Assembly (NCBI RefSeq): GCF_964204645.1
Contig: NC_134029.1
Location: 2,418,001-2,482,000, forward strand
DNA: 64,000 nucleotides
Origin: Tubulanus polymorphus
Lineage: Eukaryota > Animalia > Nemertea
Reading direction: 5' to 3'
Part shown: positions 1 to 13,854 of the stretch, piece after piece
How the letters are laid out: the number at the start of each line of letters is the position of its first letter
Position numbering within the stretch: the stretch's first letter is position 1
Translations under genes and position numbers: made by a program
The notes under the pieces: model-generated
The model's input: only the letters and a program-made list of their open reading frames with translations
Databases searched by the model: none
Told to the model about the DNA's origin: nothing

Positions 1-2
1 AG

Positions 3-1730
3 GGACCGGGCAGTTTACCATCTAGAACAACCGTAGCCGTTCATATTATAGATGTTAACGACAATAGTCCGACTATACACGTGAATATGCTTTCAAAATC
101 GGGTAAAGCCGAAGTGAAAGAATCGGAGAAAGCTGGAGAAATCGTCGCTCATATTCTCATACAAGACATCGATACAGGACAGAACGGCAAGGTATCCTGT
201 TCCGTGGATAACTCTTACTTCCTGCTGATCAGGGAGACTAATATCAGTAATCAGGATGTTTACAGATTGATTACAGCTGCACCGTTGAATCGGGAAACTA
301 CTCCCGAATACCTGGTCACAATCGTGTGTCAGGATATGGGTGAACCAAAACTAGAAAGTCGCGAAACATTCGCCGTGCGTTTACTCGACATCAACGATAA
401 CGCGCCGGTGTTTACGAGACGTACTTACACAGCGACCACGACTGAAAATAACAAACTAGGCGTGTTCCTGTTACAGGTGCAAGCTGATGACCAGGACGTC
501 GGTCTGGGCGGCTCCGTCAGATACGAGGTTGCACCGGACGGCGCCGGTCTCGTCACCGTAAACCAAGAGGGTGAGATATACGCGTCGACGGTATTCGACC
601 GCGAACAGTACGACGAGATTATATTCCACGTGCTCGCTATCGATAACGGGGAGGTCCCTCTCAGCGCTACTGCCACCGTCATGCTCAGAATAGTCGATAA
701 GAACGACAACGCTCCCTATTTCCTAGACGACTATACCTTCAACGTATCTGAGAACGCTTCACCGCAAGTGATCATCGGTAAGGTGGAAGCGCGAGATCAC
801 GATTTGGGAAAAAATCAAGAAGTCGATTTTAGGCTGATAAATAACGAGAAGTCTGACGACGATGCGTCCGAATATTTCGAGGTGACGCGGAAAGGAATCG
901 TGATGACGCGAAAACGACTGGACCGCGAACACAAACCCGAATATCACCTGATAATACAAGCCGTAGATCGTGGGGATAAACCGCAAACATCCACCACTAC
1001 TGTTAAAGTTAAAATCAACGATAAGAACGATAACTCGCCGGTCATACTGTTCCCTAGTCTTACTAATAATACAGTTTATATCTCGTATTTAGAGCACATC
1101 GCGCAGGCGTTTACGCGTATCAAAGCTTTCGATTCCGACATGGGTCGAAACGCCGAACTTACATACTACATCCAACGCGGCAACCAGAAAAACTTTTTCG
1201 CGATCGATGAACACACAGGAGTCATCAGAGTCAATAAACAGATGACTATGAGCGACGCCGGCGATTACAAACTGAATATCGAAGTGAAAGATAGAGGGCA
1301 TCCGGTTAAATATGTCCACGCGACCTTGACAATCGTCATCGACGGAACCGGAAAACCGATAACTATTACCGGTGCTTACATCGAAAAACAACCGAACAAT
1401 AAAAACTTGATAATCGTTATTTGTCTGGCGTCGGTATCCGGAGTTCTGGCTATCGTACTTATCATAGCTATCGTTTGTATTCGTAAAAAAGACATTCAGA
1501 ATCACAACTATAACGTGAAAACCGAAACTCAACGCATTTTCAATAATAAACGAAACAGCCCGACTAACAGTCACAATTCCACCGAGGATCTGAAATCGCC
1601 GTCGCCACCGCCGAAAAAAGAAGTCAGTTTCTCCATCGAGAATGACGACTTTGTCGAAAATAACCACAGCACGTTTAAATCGCCCAGAATCCAACAAAAC
1701 TGGAATCCAAACATGTCCACCACCTACGAG
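3..1730 (+). CDS. Protocadherin, large ectodomain/TM exon (5'-truncated by window edge)
   Basis: Frame is open from base 3 (GPGSLPSRTTVAVHIIDVNDNSP...). Cadherin Ca2+ motifs DVNDNSP, DINDNAP, DKNDNAP, DKNDNSP; DxDxGxN (DIDTGQN, DHDLGKN, DSDMGRN); LNRE/FDRE/LDRE. TM helix LIIVICLASVSGVLAIVLIIAIVCI at ~1407-1481. Phase-0 donor GAG|GTAAGG at 1730/1731. Ectodomain plus TM in one exon is typical of protocadherins. Confidence 0.95.
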
Positions 1731-4700
1731 GTAAGGACGTTTAGATATGTCTGACAAGGTGACCACCTTCTTTTTTATGTTCATTATTCGTGTTGTTGTT
1801 ATTAGAATTTTTTATTCTTTTATGTTTAATAAACTCCATTTTATCATCCACAACATGGACCTATTTTTGTTCCCTTCACGATTATTTTAAGACAGTTCTG
1901 TATCCACCATTACCGAGACAGTTATTAGATCCGTTATTGCCCTAACCCTAACCATATAATTAAGAGTCGAACTTCATTTTAATGCAAACCCAAACTGTGT
2001 CGTTTTAGGTCAATTTCGCTACAAACTACCCATTTCTGAAATACTTCTATAACTCGTAAAAAGAGATTAGCTTCTTAAGGATTACTAATTTCTTAAAGAT
2101 AAAAGACTTTATCCTTTAGGTCTCTCACAACAAACTAACAAGACATCTAAATCCAGGTACACAGTTCAAGGTTAAGTTTGACTCCTTCAAGTTAGAATCA
2201 GTTCATTTCCATAGTTTTAACTCTATGGGGACCGTGGAACCAGCTCCAGAACTGTGGAACTGAATCCTGTCTGTCCTCTATATATCTATAACTAGCCGAG
2301 CAAGACTAGCCAAGCAAGTTGAGATTTATCAGTCATTTTTTTTAAAGTTCTCTTTTAAAAGAAATGGCTTAAAAGACCCGGTTGATGTGTTTTTATTTCC
2401 TTGTTATTGTCGTCTCAAATGCGTCAGAAAGATAAGGAAATGTTTCCGCAGACAAGGAAAGAATATACGAGATATTTGTAATGCTTTTGAAGCGGTAAGG
2501 AATTCTAACATCTATGCCTTCGTAATGTTCATTAAAAAATAGAAATAAAACGACTCGACCTTTTTGATTAATGTCACCAATGTAGAAAATATTGAATGAA
2601 ACAAGAAATAATTAGTTTAAGCGACGCGAAGTGAATGCTTAAGAGTTTGTACCGCTTTAATGAACTCTCGGATCTATATCAGAAAATGTGGCAAATTTAT
2701 AGACTCTAAATTCGTATGTAAAACCACTACGACTGTTCGCTCGCACGATTTTGAAAATGTTTATTATGAATCATTCCGAGCCACTTAAAATAGCGTCGGT
2801 GTTTCATCATTTGGCGATCGCATCAATCATTTAACGCATGATCCGTACCAATCACAGCCCTGACACGGTTTACTCGTGTTGTCATCCATCTTCTTATTGT
2901 TTATCGAGCATTAAGCGCCGTGTAATGCGTCCTGTCTTCTTCTTCTAGCCCTCTCTCAACGAGAAAGCCCTCATTCGTCTCGTCGTGTTGGTCTCAGCTG
3001 CAATTTTAAAAATGAAATTTATCCTCACGTGAACCACACAACGGTGGTGACTGCGTTTGTCGGAGTTTGACGTCAATGCGCGAACAAAAAAAAAACTGAA
3101 ATCAGATTCTTTCCTCCTAGTTCATTTCACAATGCGCCAAACATATAAACCCCTTAAAGCCTTTTTAATCTTTCGCATTTCTAATTAGCAATGATGCCAG
3201 TACAAAAAACTTTTAATCATGAAACTAAATCCTGAATTTGACTCCAATAATAAAGAAGTTTCCAGTTTCTAGGTTTAAAATGGTGTATAAATTGATTTCG
3301 TCGAGCAAGGGACTGCAGAACTATGTGATATTCAATCTAAACTTATGTTTTGAAAATGAGCGCAAATTATCGCAACAATGGGGACCTTGCGGGACCGCCA
3401 CAAAATGGCGCCTAGAAACTGGAAACTTCTTTATTCAAACAGCTACTTCTCAATCCGTCAATGAAACAGCAGCAGCCGGCGTTTTTGCAGTTCCTGCTTT
3501 AAACGTCTGTGTAATGATTCAATGTCGTCTGTGACTGAGAGGAGACTGTGGCAGTCGAGTGAAATAGTGACATTTTGACAGCCTTTAATTTCAACCAGGT
3601 CGCGTTCAGTTTCTACATGAATAAACGCTTCTTATTTAGAGCACACGCAGCAGTCTCTCTGCCGAATGCTTTTCATCAAATCCGACGAAACAACGAACGG
3701 TGTATTTTATTTATTGCTTTTTGAAGTGAAATCGTGGATGGACTGCAGCGCGCGGACACCAGGTTTACACACTATGTCGAATACGATCATCCATCAAATT
3801 CAATTCATTAAGTACCTGCTCAACCAGGTAATGCAACATTCAAACAGAAAGATGCGATCAGCTGCATTTTGTAACCGATACGATAACTTTTGACAGCTAC
3901 AGTTGAAAACTTCGTCCGATATGAAATTTTCACACAACTATTATTTCGCAAATTCTCTGAATTCGATGTTTTCGATGAAAAGAGACTTCAATATCTCTAA
4001 TAATCTAGTATTTTACGCGTTTTGACGATCCACTCTATACAAATATAAATTAACCATTCTAACAGTTTCTTTCTGAGAGAACTGTTTTATGACCCATGGA
4101 GCTGGAATACCAACACAACAACTAAAATATAACTCAATTATTTCGATGGTTTTATGGAAAGATCTATTTTCCATACATGCACGGTTCTATGCGATTTTTT
4201 ATTAATCGCTACTGCAGCTTTTAGAAACAAAAAAATGCGCCGTCGTCGATAGAGAAATCTCTAGAGTGTATTTTTGCCTGACATCACGTTAGTTTTTCTG
4301 CAATGCTTCGTCCATCAACATCAGTTTCCCAAGTGTATTTTATATTTGACCAGCAATTACGAGCTATCTCCTCTGCGACGTGCGCATCGTGCGCTGGTGG
4401 TGAAGATGCACGGTAGTTTTACTAGGAGTTTGTTTGACAAGGTATTGCACTTTGTTCGTCTCTTCCGAGCACGAAAGTAATTGCTGAGCTGCGCGCGCTT
4501 ACCGACCGGTGGTGTACGCTAACTCACCAACTCGACGATTGACAGTCCAATGATGGATCCCGAATTACGAATGTCTAAAACCTGATCGCGAGATAATCAA
4601 ATTCTTTAGATAACTAAAAAGGTGACTTATGCATCGCCTGGTATGTTAATATCGTTGAGATGATTGATTCGGAAAGGTCTTCGGCCATTTGGTCCGTCAC

Positions 4701-7700
4701 ATCTAATCCTTGACTTTCCACGTATAGAAAATCGAAAAAATCAGCAAAAAGCGTCCGAGTGAGTAAATACGCATAATAGATATCAACTATTGCTATTAGC
4801 TAAATGGGGGGGGGGGGGGTGGGGTGATTTCCTCTGACCAGAAATGAAGAAGAGATCACGTTTTTTATCAATCATAGTTCGTGAATTCATTTCGGTATTG
4901 ATAAAAATCAGAAAATTGGCACGAAAATTCGTCATCATTTTTCGGTCTTCCACATATTGATAAAGTAGACTACTACCTGAAACAGCATTCGATGTGAACA
5001 CGCACGAAGTTCGGAGACCACGCCTAAAAAAGTATCTCAGGGGTTTTAAAAAGAATTGCGATCGCAGATCGGGTTCCTCGGATTACTGGTACCACGCACA
5101 GAAGACGTATAAATGTTTACGTGTATTTTTCAATGAAGGATGCCCGGCTCGTTCTAACGCAATGAGACTGTAGCTGTTGTGGTACATCGTTGAAGAACCG
5201 CGCACTGAAATTAGAATTCAACTTCATATCAAAAATGTGTTTTATCGTCGTATGGTGGACGTTATTTTGACACTGAGCTGCAGAGACGTCGAATGTACAC
5301 AGTCATTCTCCTTATATCCTTCTCTTTATCGTAAACCTAGCTCCAATTTCTTCTGCTAATTCCGTTCACACAAAAACACGCCATTCGTATAGAACGATTC
5401 TTCTCCTCATAAAATAATAACCACACCCTCCCCTGACTTCTTCATCTAAACCACTCCTGACTCCGTTTGATAGCGGTAGCGTTCGAGGCCCTCACGCTTT
5501 ATTTAACACATCTATACGCACAAGACTACAGATGACTGAGCCTCCCCGACGAACTTATTATTACAAGAGCATTCTATGAAAATAATTCCAAGAAATCTGG
5601 CTTTCGCTGGCCTCTAACATACAGTTTTGTGCTCTTTGATCAACAGTGGCTGGTATGAAAGTTGTATAAGTATGACAGCAATATATCGTGATGGCATTGC
5701 ATGCTGCCTGTGTGTGTGGCTTCTTGCTTATTAAAAAAGGGTCCCTCGAACCACGAAAGGTAGGGACTCTGTTTAAAAAAAAATCACCAGGTGGCAGTAT
5801 TTAGTCTGTATCGTCGTCAATTAGTGTTTTGTTTGCACCCCTGGTACACCTCCTAGTTACTATATGTGTTTAGTGCATGCCTCAGAGAGGAACCCGTTCA
5901 CTGTAAGCTTTAGAAAACATCCTGCAGTCACGTGAGGTATCTGTCACTTCTTACCTCGCCTTCGTCTAGTATTTGGCATTCACCGTATGGCAGGTTTAAT
6001 CATTCGCGCACTGGGCTCCCTGTTACGATAAGATATCAGAATGACCATCGGCTTGAATATAAAGTAGCTTCAACTGGCCATCTCGCCGTAATGATACATT
6101 CTCTCTGGGACCAATTTCCCACTCCCTTCCTCCTTATCACCAATTGATACGAACAGTCCACCGAGTTCGAGATGATAAAACCCATAATTGTCGCCCAAAC
6201 GTGTCAATTATGTTTCAACCACCGGTTCTGATTTACTCGCAACTCGAACGGCGCTAAATGTTTGCGATGTTTTGTATCTCAGCGACGATTGAAAAAATAG
6301 AGACCAATTTTCATATTAATCCAGGCTCGGAAATATCTCAAGGGATTCCTGGATAGTTGACCTATTTCCAGATCGAGGGTTAGTTCTTTGGTATTTGCCT
6401 TCGTGTTAGATGTCTCGATATCCTCGCTCGGATGGTTGCCAAAGTTTACGGAAGCAAAAACGTATTTTTGTGTTGGCGTGAGTTTTCAGTAGGACACAGT
6501 GAAACCCTGACAGGCGACGAGCACTGATTATTGTTGCAATGCCTGTCATAAAACTATTGGCCTTGAACGTACTTGAAGCTAAAACAAAAATAGCCATATT
6601 TATGATATTGAAAATATAGAGATAAAATATCTAAACGCTGATGATTATGGGGTTAAGAATATTTACTACTTTACCGCATCACATATCTGTTATAACCGGG
6701 GGTATATTTATTGTCGGTATGAGGATAGTTAACGCGTCATTTTCTGTGATTTTAACATCGTAAAACCGATGTTTAAACGGCTCCGTCGAGACAACTCGAG
6801 ACAACCCTTGTTCGTTCGCGTGCTTTTTTCTAGGATCAATGATAATCGAACTCCGGGCGGTGTAGATTTCAAAACAAACGTATGAAATCTCCTGTTGACA
6901 TTCTGACATTGACTGCCTGAACGACACTTAGAGTCAGATTTTCGGTTCAAACATGACCTTAATTCGGGATGTCATCGTCTCATAGTTTATCGAACGCCGT
7001 TTATTGAACGTAGGCCGAACCTTTTATCATTCGTGAATTAAGAGAATAGTTTCAATAACTTATTCGTCGATGGAACTTAAATATCTAAGAAAAAAGTGCT
7101 TTGGGCGTTGCCGCTTTTCTTGTTATGGTAACACATTGAACTATTTTCATAACTTTTCCCGTAGAAATGTTCGAAACAATAAAACTTGTATTCATACGAG
7201 TCTATACTATACGTGGTATCACGGTATCGAATTTTCCACTGTATTCTATTCTGTGTCCCTTCAGGCCGTTATTAAGTATAAAGTTTGTAAACTTTTGCAA
7301 GTTAAACCGATTGACTCGAGGCGATCAATTTACGCCATCGAACAAGGCAGCACTCATAGTTTATTGAACGCTATATAAATGTAAGTTCGGTTCGTCAGAA
7401 ATCGTTTTCGGCGCTTTGAAGAGTTGATTTAAGTGAATGGAAAATAACGCCCGTAAAGCATTAAAAACCTCCACTCAAAACACATTTGAAATATTCAATA
7501 GCAATAACAACATTTTGCATTTATTCGATCATAAAAGCGCATCTTTTGTGTTGTTTTGATAGTTTTTTTAAACAGTTTTAATAGTTTTCCCCCCGTAATT
7601 AAATAAATTTGATTGGCTGCTTTATTAAGGTTTAGCCCATGAACACGAATGATACTGGGAGATTGTAAAGACACTGAGAGATCCGAGATTATACCTAGCG

Positions 7701-8602
7701 TGATGCGTGAAGCTAATCAAATACAATCGTTACATCGTTCAAAAATACCTCCATAAAAAGCATAATTTTTAACCGATAAAGATTCTTTATGATTCTTTAC
7801 GCAGAAATATCCGTGTAACAACGACCCGAAGGTGAACTCTTTAAACGTATCATGTCTATAAACATAAAGCTCATTACTTCATATATCAGGACACATATGG
7901 CGTGGTGTTTAATGATGGGTGTGTATCGTGGACGTCTATTTCCTACTCGTTACGATATGAAACTGCTCTTATATATCAACTTCTTCATCTTCAAAATCAA
8001 TATTGATTCTCCTTGAAAAGAGCAATTATGAGAGAATTTGTGCGCTCTGATTATCGATAGCAGCGAATCAGAAATGTAATTTTCAAAGGGCGTTGTTTTT
8101 TTGTCAAACGAAGCCGCATTCAATTTCCAGTATATAGAATTGCTCTTATATTAATGAGGGAAACTGCGCATTCTACTGCTGCCTAACGGGGAAGAATGGC
8201 TAATTACGCGAATTCGACAATTAATCTGATGAACACAGATGGTTGGCCTTGCCGAACTCCCACTAGCCCCTAGCCTAGCGCAGATCTAAGTGAGAATTCA
8301 CCTATCAGAAATAATGGGCTTTAAGACTAAAACTTATAGGGTGGCTAATTTCATTTTGTTTTTTAGACAATACGTTTAACTGGAACCAAATGAGTCCAAT
8401 CTATGATGAATTGATTCAGGCCTCTGTATTTTAGTGCATGCTACTTTATGTTGTAAATGTAGTAATGTCATCTCTATTTGTACATGTACTGTATGTATCT
8501 ATTGTTCCGTTTCATTTTGTTGTTTTTCTTTTTTTCAAACACAAAAAAATGGATTTATATTGAACGACAATCATGGTGACATTTTCTCTCTTTCTCAGCC
8601 AG

Positions 8603-8623
8603 CTGGGAAGAAGAACAACGCCT
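8603..8623 (+). other. Candidate 21-nt protocadherin microexon (phase 0-0)
   Basis: Polypyrimidine tract ttttctctctttctcAGccAG|, then CTGGGAAGAAGAACAACGCCT (LGRRTTP), then |GTAAGT. Confidence 0.35.
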
Positions 8624-11600
8624 GTAAGTTGATATTTCATTTTATTCTCAGTAAAATCAGTAGTAAGAGTAGAAATAGCTTTTTTTCATTATTTTATTGC
8701 CCGTGCTTTTTGAACCTAGCTGGAAGGATACGTGTTCACAGACAATATCAGATATTATTTGAAATTCGACATTAATAGTTAATTTTGTGTGTGTGAACTT
8801 GTATCGTACTTTCCATCGAAACTGTCGATATTGTAGATAACAAAAATCGTATTTTTTGCCTGTAGGCCTGCACGGTGAAATAGAACTTCTATATTCATGA
8901 AATCATATCAGACGAAAGGCTGAAATCCCTTGCATGTTCTTAACAGACAGGATATACTGTCTCCAGGCCTGCATGCCCGCTTATTCTATGTAGTTCTATA
9001 AAACTGCTCTGAGCTTCTCTTTTTAAACGTTTTACTCTTCTCGAAAACATGCGCAGAAATACGTATAAAGCAGTTGAACATTTTTCTTTCAAAACGATTG
9101 CGACCTTTGAAGACTCGAATATAAAAAGCTACGCGTGATTCTGTTTATCATCTATCGAAGATAATGTGATATGTCTTAAAGCTTTCGTGCTTTCTGTATC
9201 GTAGTTTATGAAAAGATACCGAATGTCTGTCGCTTTTCGCTACCAAATTGCCGGTGGCGGTCGTGCTTTGAGTACCAGAATTCAGCAAATAGCAAGGGTC
9301 TATTTAAAGAATTTTCACAACAAAAGTCGATGCCTCAAAAAAAGTTTTAAGTCAACTTTCGTTCGCTCGACTTGCGTCGATATAATATACAAACACAAAC
9401 ACAAAGAAGGCGTAGAATGTTCTCTGGGAAGATATTCTTAATCTCATCCACGACAACATGGCGAATTAGAGCGGACGGCTCCGATAGTAGTAGCCGGAGA
9501 ACCATCGCTCCTGCGGGAGTCGTTCACATCTAAGAAAAGCGTACGGACAATCATACCCAGTTCCGGCTAGCAGTGACAAATCTTCTCATATCGAAAGCTG
9601 ATATCGGTTCATCCTAATTGAACATCCCAGAGACATGTTATAGACTAAGATAGATACATCCCATGGGTATTCGAGAAAACTGCTTATCACCCGAACGCTA
9701 CTACAAACAACTCACGACCCATCGATGAATGCATTTGTGTTTGACTTTCGGCTAACTGGACATCGCTTACATAGACCGTAATTGATCTAATAAATAACCA
9801 ATTGATTACACAGAACTGTCGTTCATTTCGTTACCCAATTTCCAGCAACGCGTTTCTATCGCTCCATGTGAGAAATGCGTTTTTTATGCTCGCTCAATTC
9901 GGTCGTTGTTAATTTCATTGTAGTGAATTCCTCCCTAATTTAGCGCCAGAAACTGATTTATTGTCGCGTTGCTGCTGCTGCTGCTGCGGCTGCTGCTGGT
10001 GATACCGGTTGTTCTTGGTTATCGGGGCGAGTTGAGCGCGTATCAATTAATTCGCAGATTTATTACCGTTGTTACATTATCCCTACTATTAATTTATCTT
10101 CAAACAAGAAATACAAGCGGTTCCATACGTCACCAGACAAGTACTTACGTCTGTATGTGACAAAGCACCGCTAATGACTTCTATGAGTAATTCGTTTTTC
10201 TATCTCTGCTGCTCTCGCTGGAAACTTTTCTTCTGCTTTTGGTAAAACTTTTTTAAGAGTTCGCGCATTTTGCTTAACCCTTCTTTGAGGTTGATATTAT
10301 TTCAGGATTCTAAATTCAAATCTGACCAATATGAAAATGGTATGACGAAGAAGGAAATAAATTGCAGAACCTCCTTTATGCACAGGGGACAAAACTGAAA
10401 TTTTCTAATTTCAAAGAAAATTTTACTGAAATGTTGTTATGATTTACAAAACTGTGAGAACTGTGAGAACAAAATTAAACTTAACCGATTTAACCTAAAT
10501 GTTATTCATGAAACTGAATCCTGCGCGACGTGAAATAGCAGTTCAAATTCAGCCTCTCATCGGAGATGATAATTTGATTTTAGAATTTTTTCTACTCGAA
10601 AATCAAAACGACAGTTAAGAATGAAGATCCGATGTTCGAGTATACGCCGCCGTGCAATCTCTGTGCAGTGAAAGCAAGCGTCATTTTGCTGTGCCACCAC
10701 GGCGCTCGTATCCTGTTCGAAATAAAAGCATAAATTTTGAAATATTAGCGACGTTTTCTGCTCTGATAACGCTTAACCCTGACGACAACGCGCCAGATAT
10801 CCAAGCAATTTAATGCTTAAATGGAGGAAGCCATAATTGCTGGAACGTGTTCTCGGCGCTACTACTGGGTATTAGCTCTATCATAAGAGATTTATCTGCT
10901 TATTACCGCCGAAAGCCGTATAACTAAATGATTTAGGACAGTTTCCCCCGCATACCCGAGACTACTTCTACTGCTGCTGCTGATGCTTTCATAAATACAT
11001 GCTCAATATAAGAGGAATAAAACGATATATGACGTTGCCCTGGTATTCTCGATTATAAAGTAATTAACGTTGAAACTCATTTCACGCGAGGCGCTCGAAA
11101 TGTATACCTTCATATCAAAAAATAATCAATTTTAATCGTGTGAATGGTAAAAGATGGCGGTTACTCATTATGTTACATCGGCTGATTGTCTCGTTTTTTA
11201 TGCTGGCGCATTTTGTAAATTTATATACAAACACGTGAACTTATCAACTCTGCCGCAGAGAAAACCTTCGCCCTGAAGTGTAACCTCTAACGTAAGCAGC
11301 AGTTGACGTGTCATCGAATCATGTAAAATCGAATTTCTAAAACTTTTGGTAAAACTTTCAAAGAAAATAGTGAATTTTAGAAACGTAGGTATCAATCGGC
11401 TCTGTATGGAAACATGTGCCTTCTAGACTCGTTCGCGTGACCGTGCTCGTGACGTCATGGTTTGTTTACCCACCCAGGCTGCAGACTTCGCCAAACATTA
11501 CAGCAAGATCAGCGGCCGGTTGCGCGGTCCTGGCTTAGATTTAACACCAGTCTAGGGCCATCTTAGATCTGGAGTCAATCTTAATAAGCTGCTATGATGT

Positions 11601-12776
11601 GACAGCGACAAAATTGATAAGGCTATAACTTTATCAAATTTTCACCGTCGAATATGTGCTATAAATATATAATCGCATGCTTTCCATCCACACCCAAGTT
11701 AACAATTACAGATGTGATGAATTCTACACGACATATACCGTGTAAAGCGTGAACGGTTTCATTGAACTGTCTGTTCAACATATCAAATCAATGATTCTCT
11801 CTTCGGTTTGTTTACGTTAATGGGTAACATGGCTAAAATTCACCATATTTTGATACGGCGTCAATTCAAATCACTTTTCTAAAATTAAAGCATTATCGCG
11901 CGCTATATTGAGCATTATTGCCGGCAGCGATGGGCCCCAAATAGACAACTTAAAAAGCGTCGTTTATTTGAACTTTGGAAAGAACTTCTGGAAGTTGTTT
12001 CTACACAAGAGACAGAGAAACAGGAATCGTTAATACCGAAAACAACCGTTCATTTCTGGGCTGCACATTCGCCATAGATATGCCATAGAATCAAGATGAG
12101 CTTTATATTAGTCTAAAAAATCTAAGACTTGTCTGTGCAACTGAGATAATCCTCGGGGGTTAACGATGACAGGCCGTTCTATGAGACTGATATACCCATA
12201 CCCACCTCTCTCGACCTTTAGAGCGACGCCTAAATTTTTTATTGTGGGGGGATGATAAAATGAGTCAAATCACACACGACTTGCGGGTGCTGTTGTGCAG
12301 AAAGATAATTCAAAGAACGGTTTTGCTTGTGGCTTATTAATCTCAGCGGGAAATGGAATGTAAACATACCCCGTGTTTTCCCAGAGAGTTCCAATGATGA
12401 GTAAGTTGAATTCAGCGAGTTTTTCTTGCTTTCGATTTTCCATTGTGTTATTTGATGTCGGGTGCAAATGAATTTTCAATTTGAAGTTGAAGAAAAAATC
12501 GATCATCTTTCATCTGTAGCAGCAGCAGCAGCAATCTAAGCACACGACATTACTCTAAAATAAAAGGTTCAACATTGATTCAAATAATATTCTTTCATCG
12601 TGCGAAACATTATAATCCTCGAAATAGCACCAGTAATTGCCGGGTACAGCAACACCAGGGCTTGAATAACGTTTTCAAAACATCCTTCCACTTAACCGAA
12701 TCTGTGAAAAAACCACATTGCTGAATATCCTCATCGATAAACCGTAGTGAGTTGGGGGGGGGGAGTGTCGACATCA

Positions 12777-12849
12777 TGTCCTCACTAAACTGTGGTTCGA
12801 ACCCATAACCTGTCTGCCATGAGTCAAACACCTACCGAGCCTTGAGGAC
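12777..12849 (-). pseudogene. Degenerate tRNA-like sequence / tRNA-derived SINE head
   Basis: Minus strand, 73 nt: acceptor-like stem GTCCTCA...TGAGGAC-A (part of a perfect 10-bp inverted repeat at 12775-12784 and 12843-12852), A-box-like GGCTCGGTAGG, stem GTTTG/CAGAC around a CTCAT loop, B-box GGTTCGAACC. D and T arms are imperfect, so not a functional tRNA. Confidence 0.5.
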
Positions 12850-12915
12850 ATGAATTTTGATTAACGCTCTGGTACATTACAGCAGGGAGGTGGAAAGACC
12901 AGCGGTTTATTCTTC

Positions 12916-13310
12916 ATTCGATTCGATTCGATTCAACACCCTACAATCCTATAGACACCACGTTTTATACACCCACCCTGGAAATAGTTTTTAGACTGTT
13001 TTCGGGTTGATAGTTGCGAAGAAGTACTGGGCCTGGCCGTGGGTTCGGGCTATCCTCGCTTGCCAGAGTTTGATTGCCGCCCGCCGAACCTTCATAGGGT
13101 GCAGGCCCTTCATTGGTCTATTACACCGCCCAAGATTTCTTGGGCGGACAGGTTGCGGCCACCAGTCTATATATCTCGCCAGTCAGATGCGTGGTATTGA
13201 TGGAGTAAATCTGCAGGTGAAAAGCAACCCATCTCATCGGCTACACAGACTGTTGATGCAAGCTGGGATGGTTCGAGCTAGCCTGGCAATAGCCCCTCAA
13301 ACCTGCCTCA
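12916..13310 (-). mobile_element. Decayed 3' fragment of a non-LTR retrotransposon (LINE)
   Basis: Minus-strand translation with frameshift gives ...HQYHA...TGG...EILGGV / GLHPMKVRRAAIKLWQARI...*, resembling the post-RT region of LINE ORF2. Followed by a short UTR and a (GAATC)n tail at 12916-12934. Confidence 0.4.
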
Positions 13311-13775
13311 AATAAATGCGTCTCCCCGAGCAGATGTAAAGCCAAAGGGTCGGTGCAGTTTTCTCCGATCTTGTCGAACTGTTGTTTTTGTAATATGGCG
13401 CGGACCGATTTGATGAGAAATGATTTGCGGAAGAGAAATTGCAGATAAATTGGTCATTAATCAACAAGAGAAGACGCACTAATCCCGAAAACCACTTGCT
13501 TTCAATGCATAATATCTTAGATTAAGCAACCGATAATTGTGAATCGGGCTCGGTGTTGTATCAATTTAGATCGGAGATCTAGTTTCGTCCAGACAACAGA
13601 CCTATTAAATCATCATAGAGAGAACCAAAAATACCGCCATCAATCTATCACGGTCATAATTCATTGTGCGAGGAATCGCATCAGTTAATTCCTCCAGTCA
13701 GTTGATAATTGCGAATTTTAGTCGCCGGGATGAGCAAACACGGGGCGTGGGCGAGTTTGGTTTAGTTAATTAAAT

Positions 13776-13777
<2 letters not shown>

Positions 13778-13852
<75 letters not shown>
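13778..13852. repeat. (AT)n microsatellite, ~75 bp
   Basis: Perfect dinucleotide run. Confidence 0.98.

Positions 13853-13854
<2 letters not shown>

Noticed and set aside
81-83. ORF-track start codon for the protocadherin
   Set aside because: It is a GTG (Val) inside a frame open from base 3. The real start is upstream of the window.
425-1784. Minus-strand ORFs 425-709, 759-986 and 1089-1784
   Set aside because: Antisense shadows of the protocadherin exon with no independent motifs.
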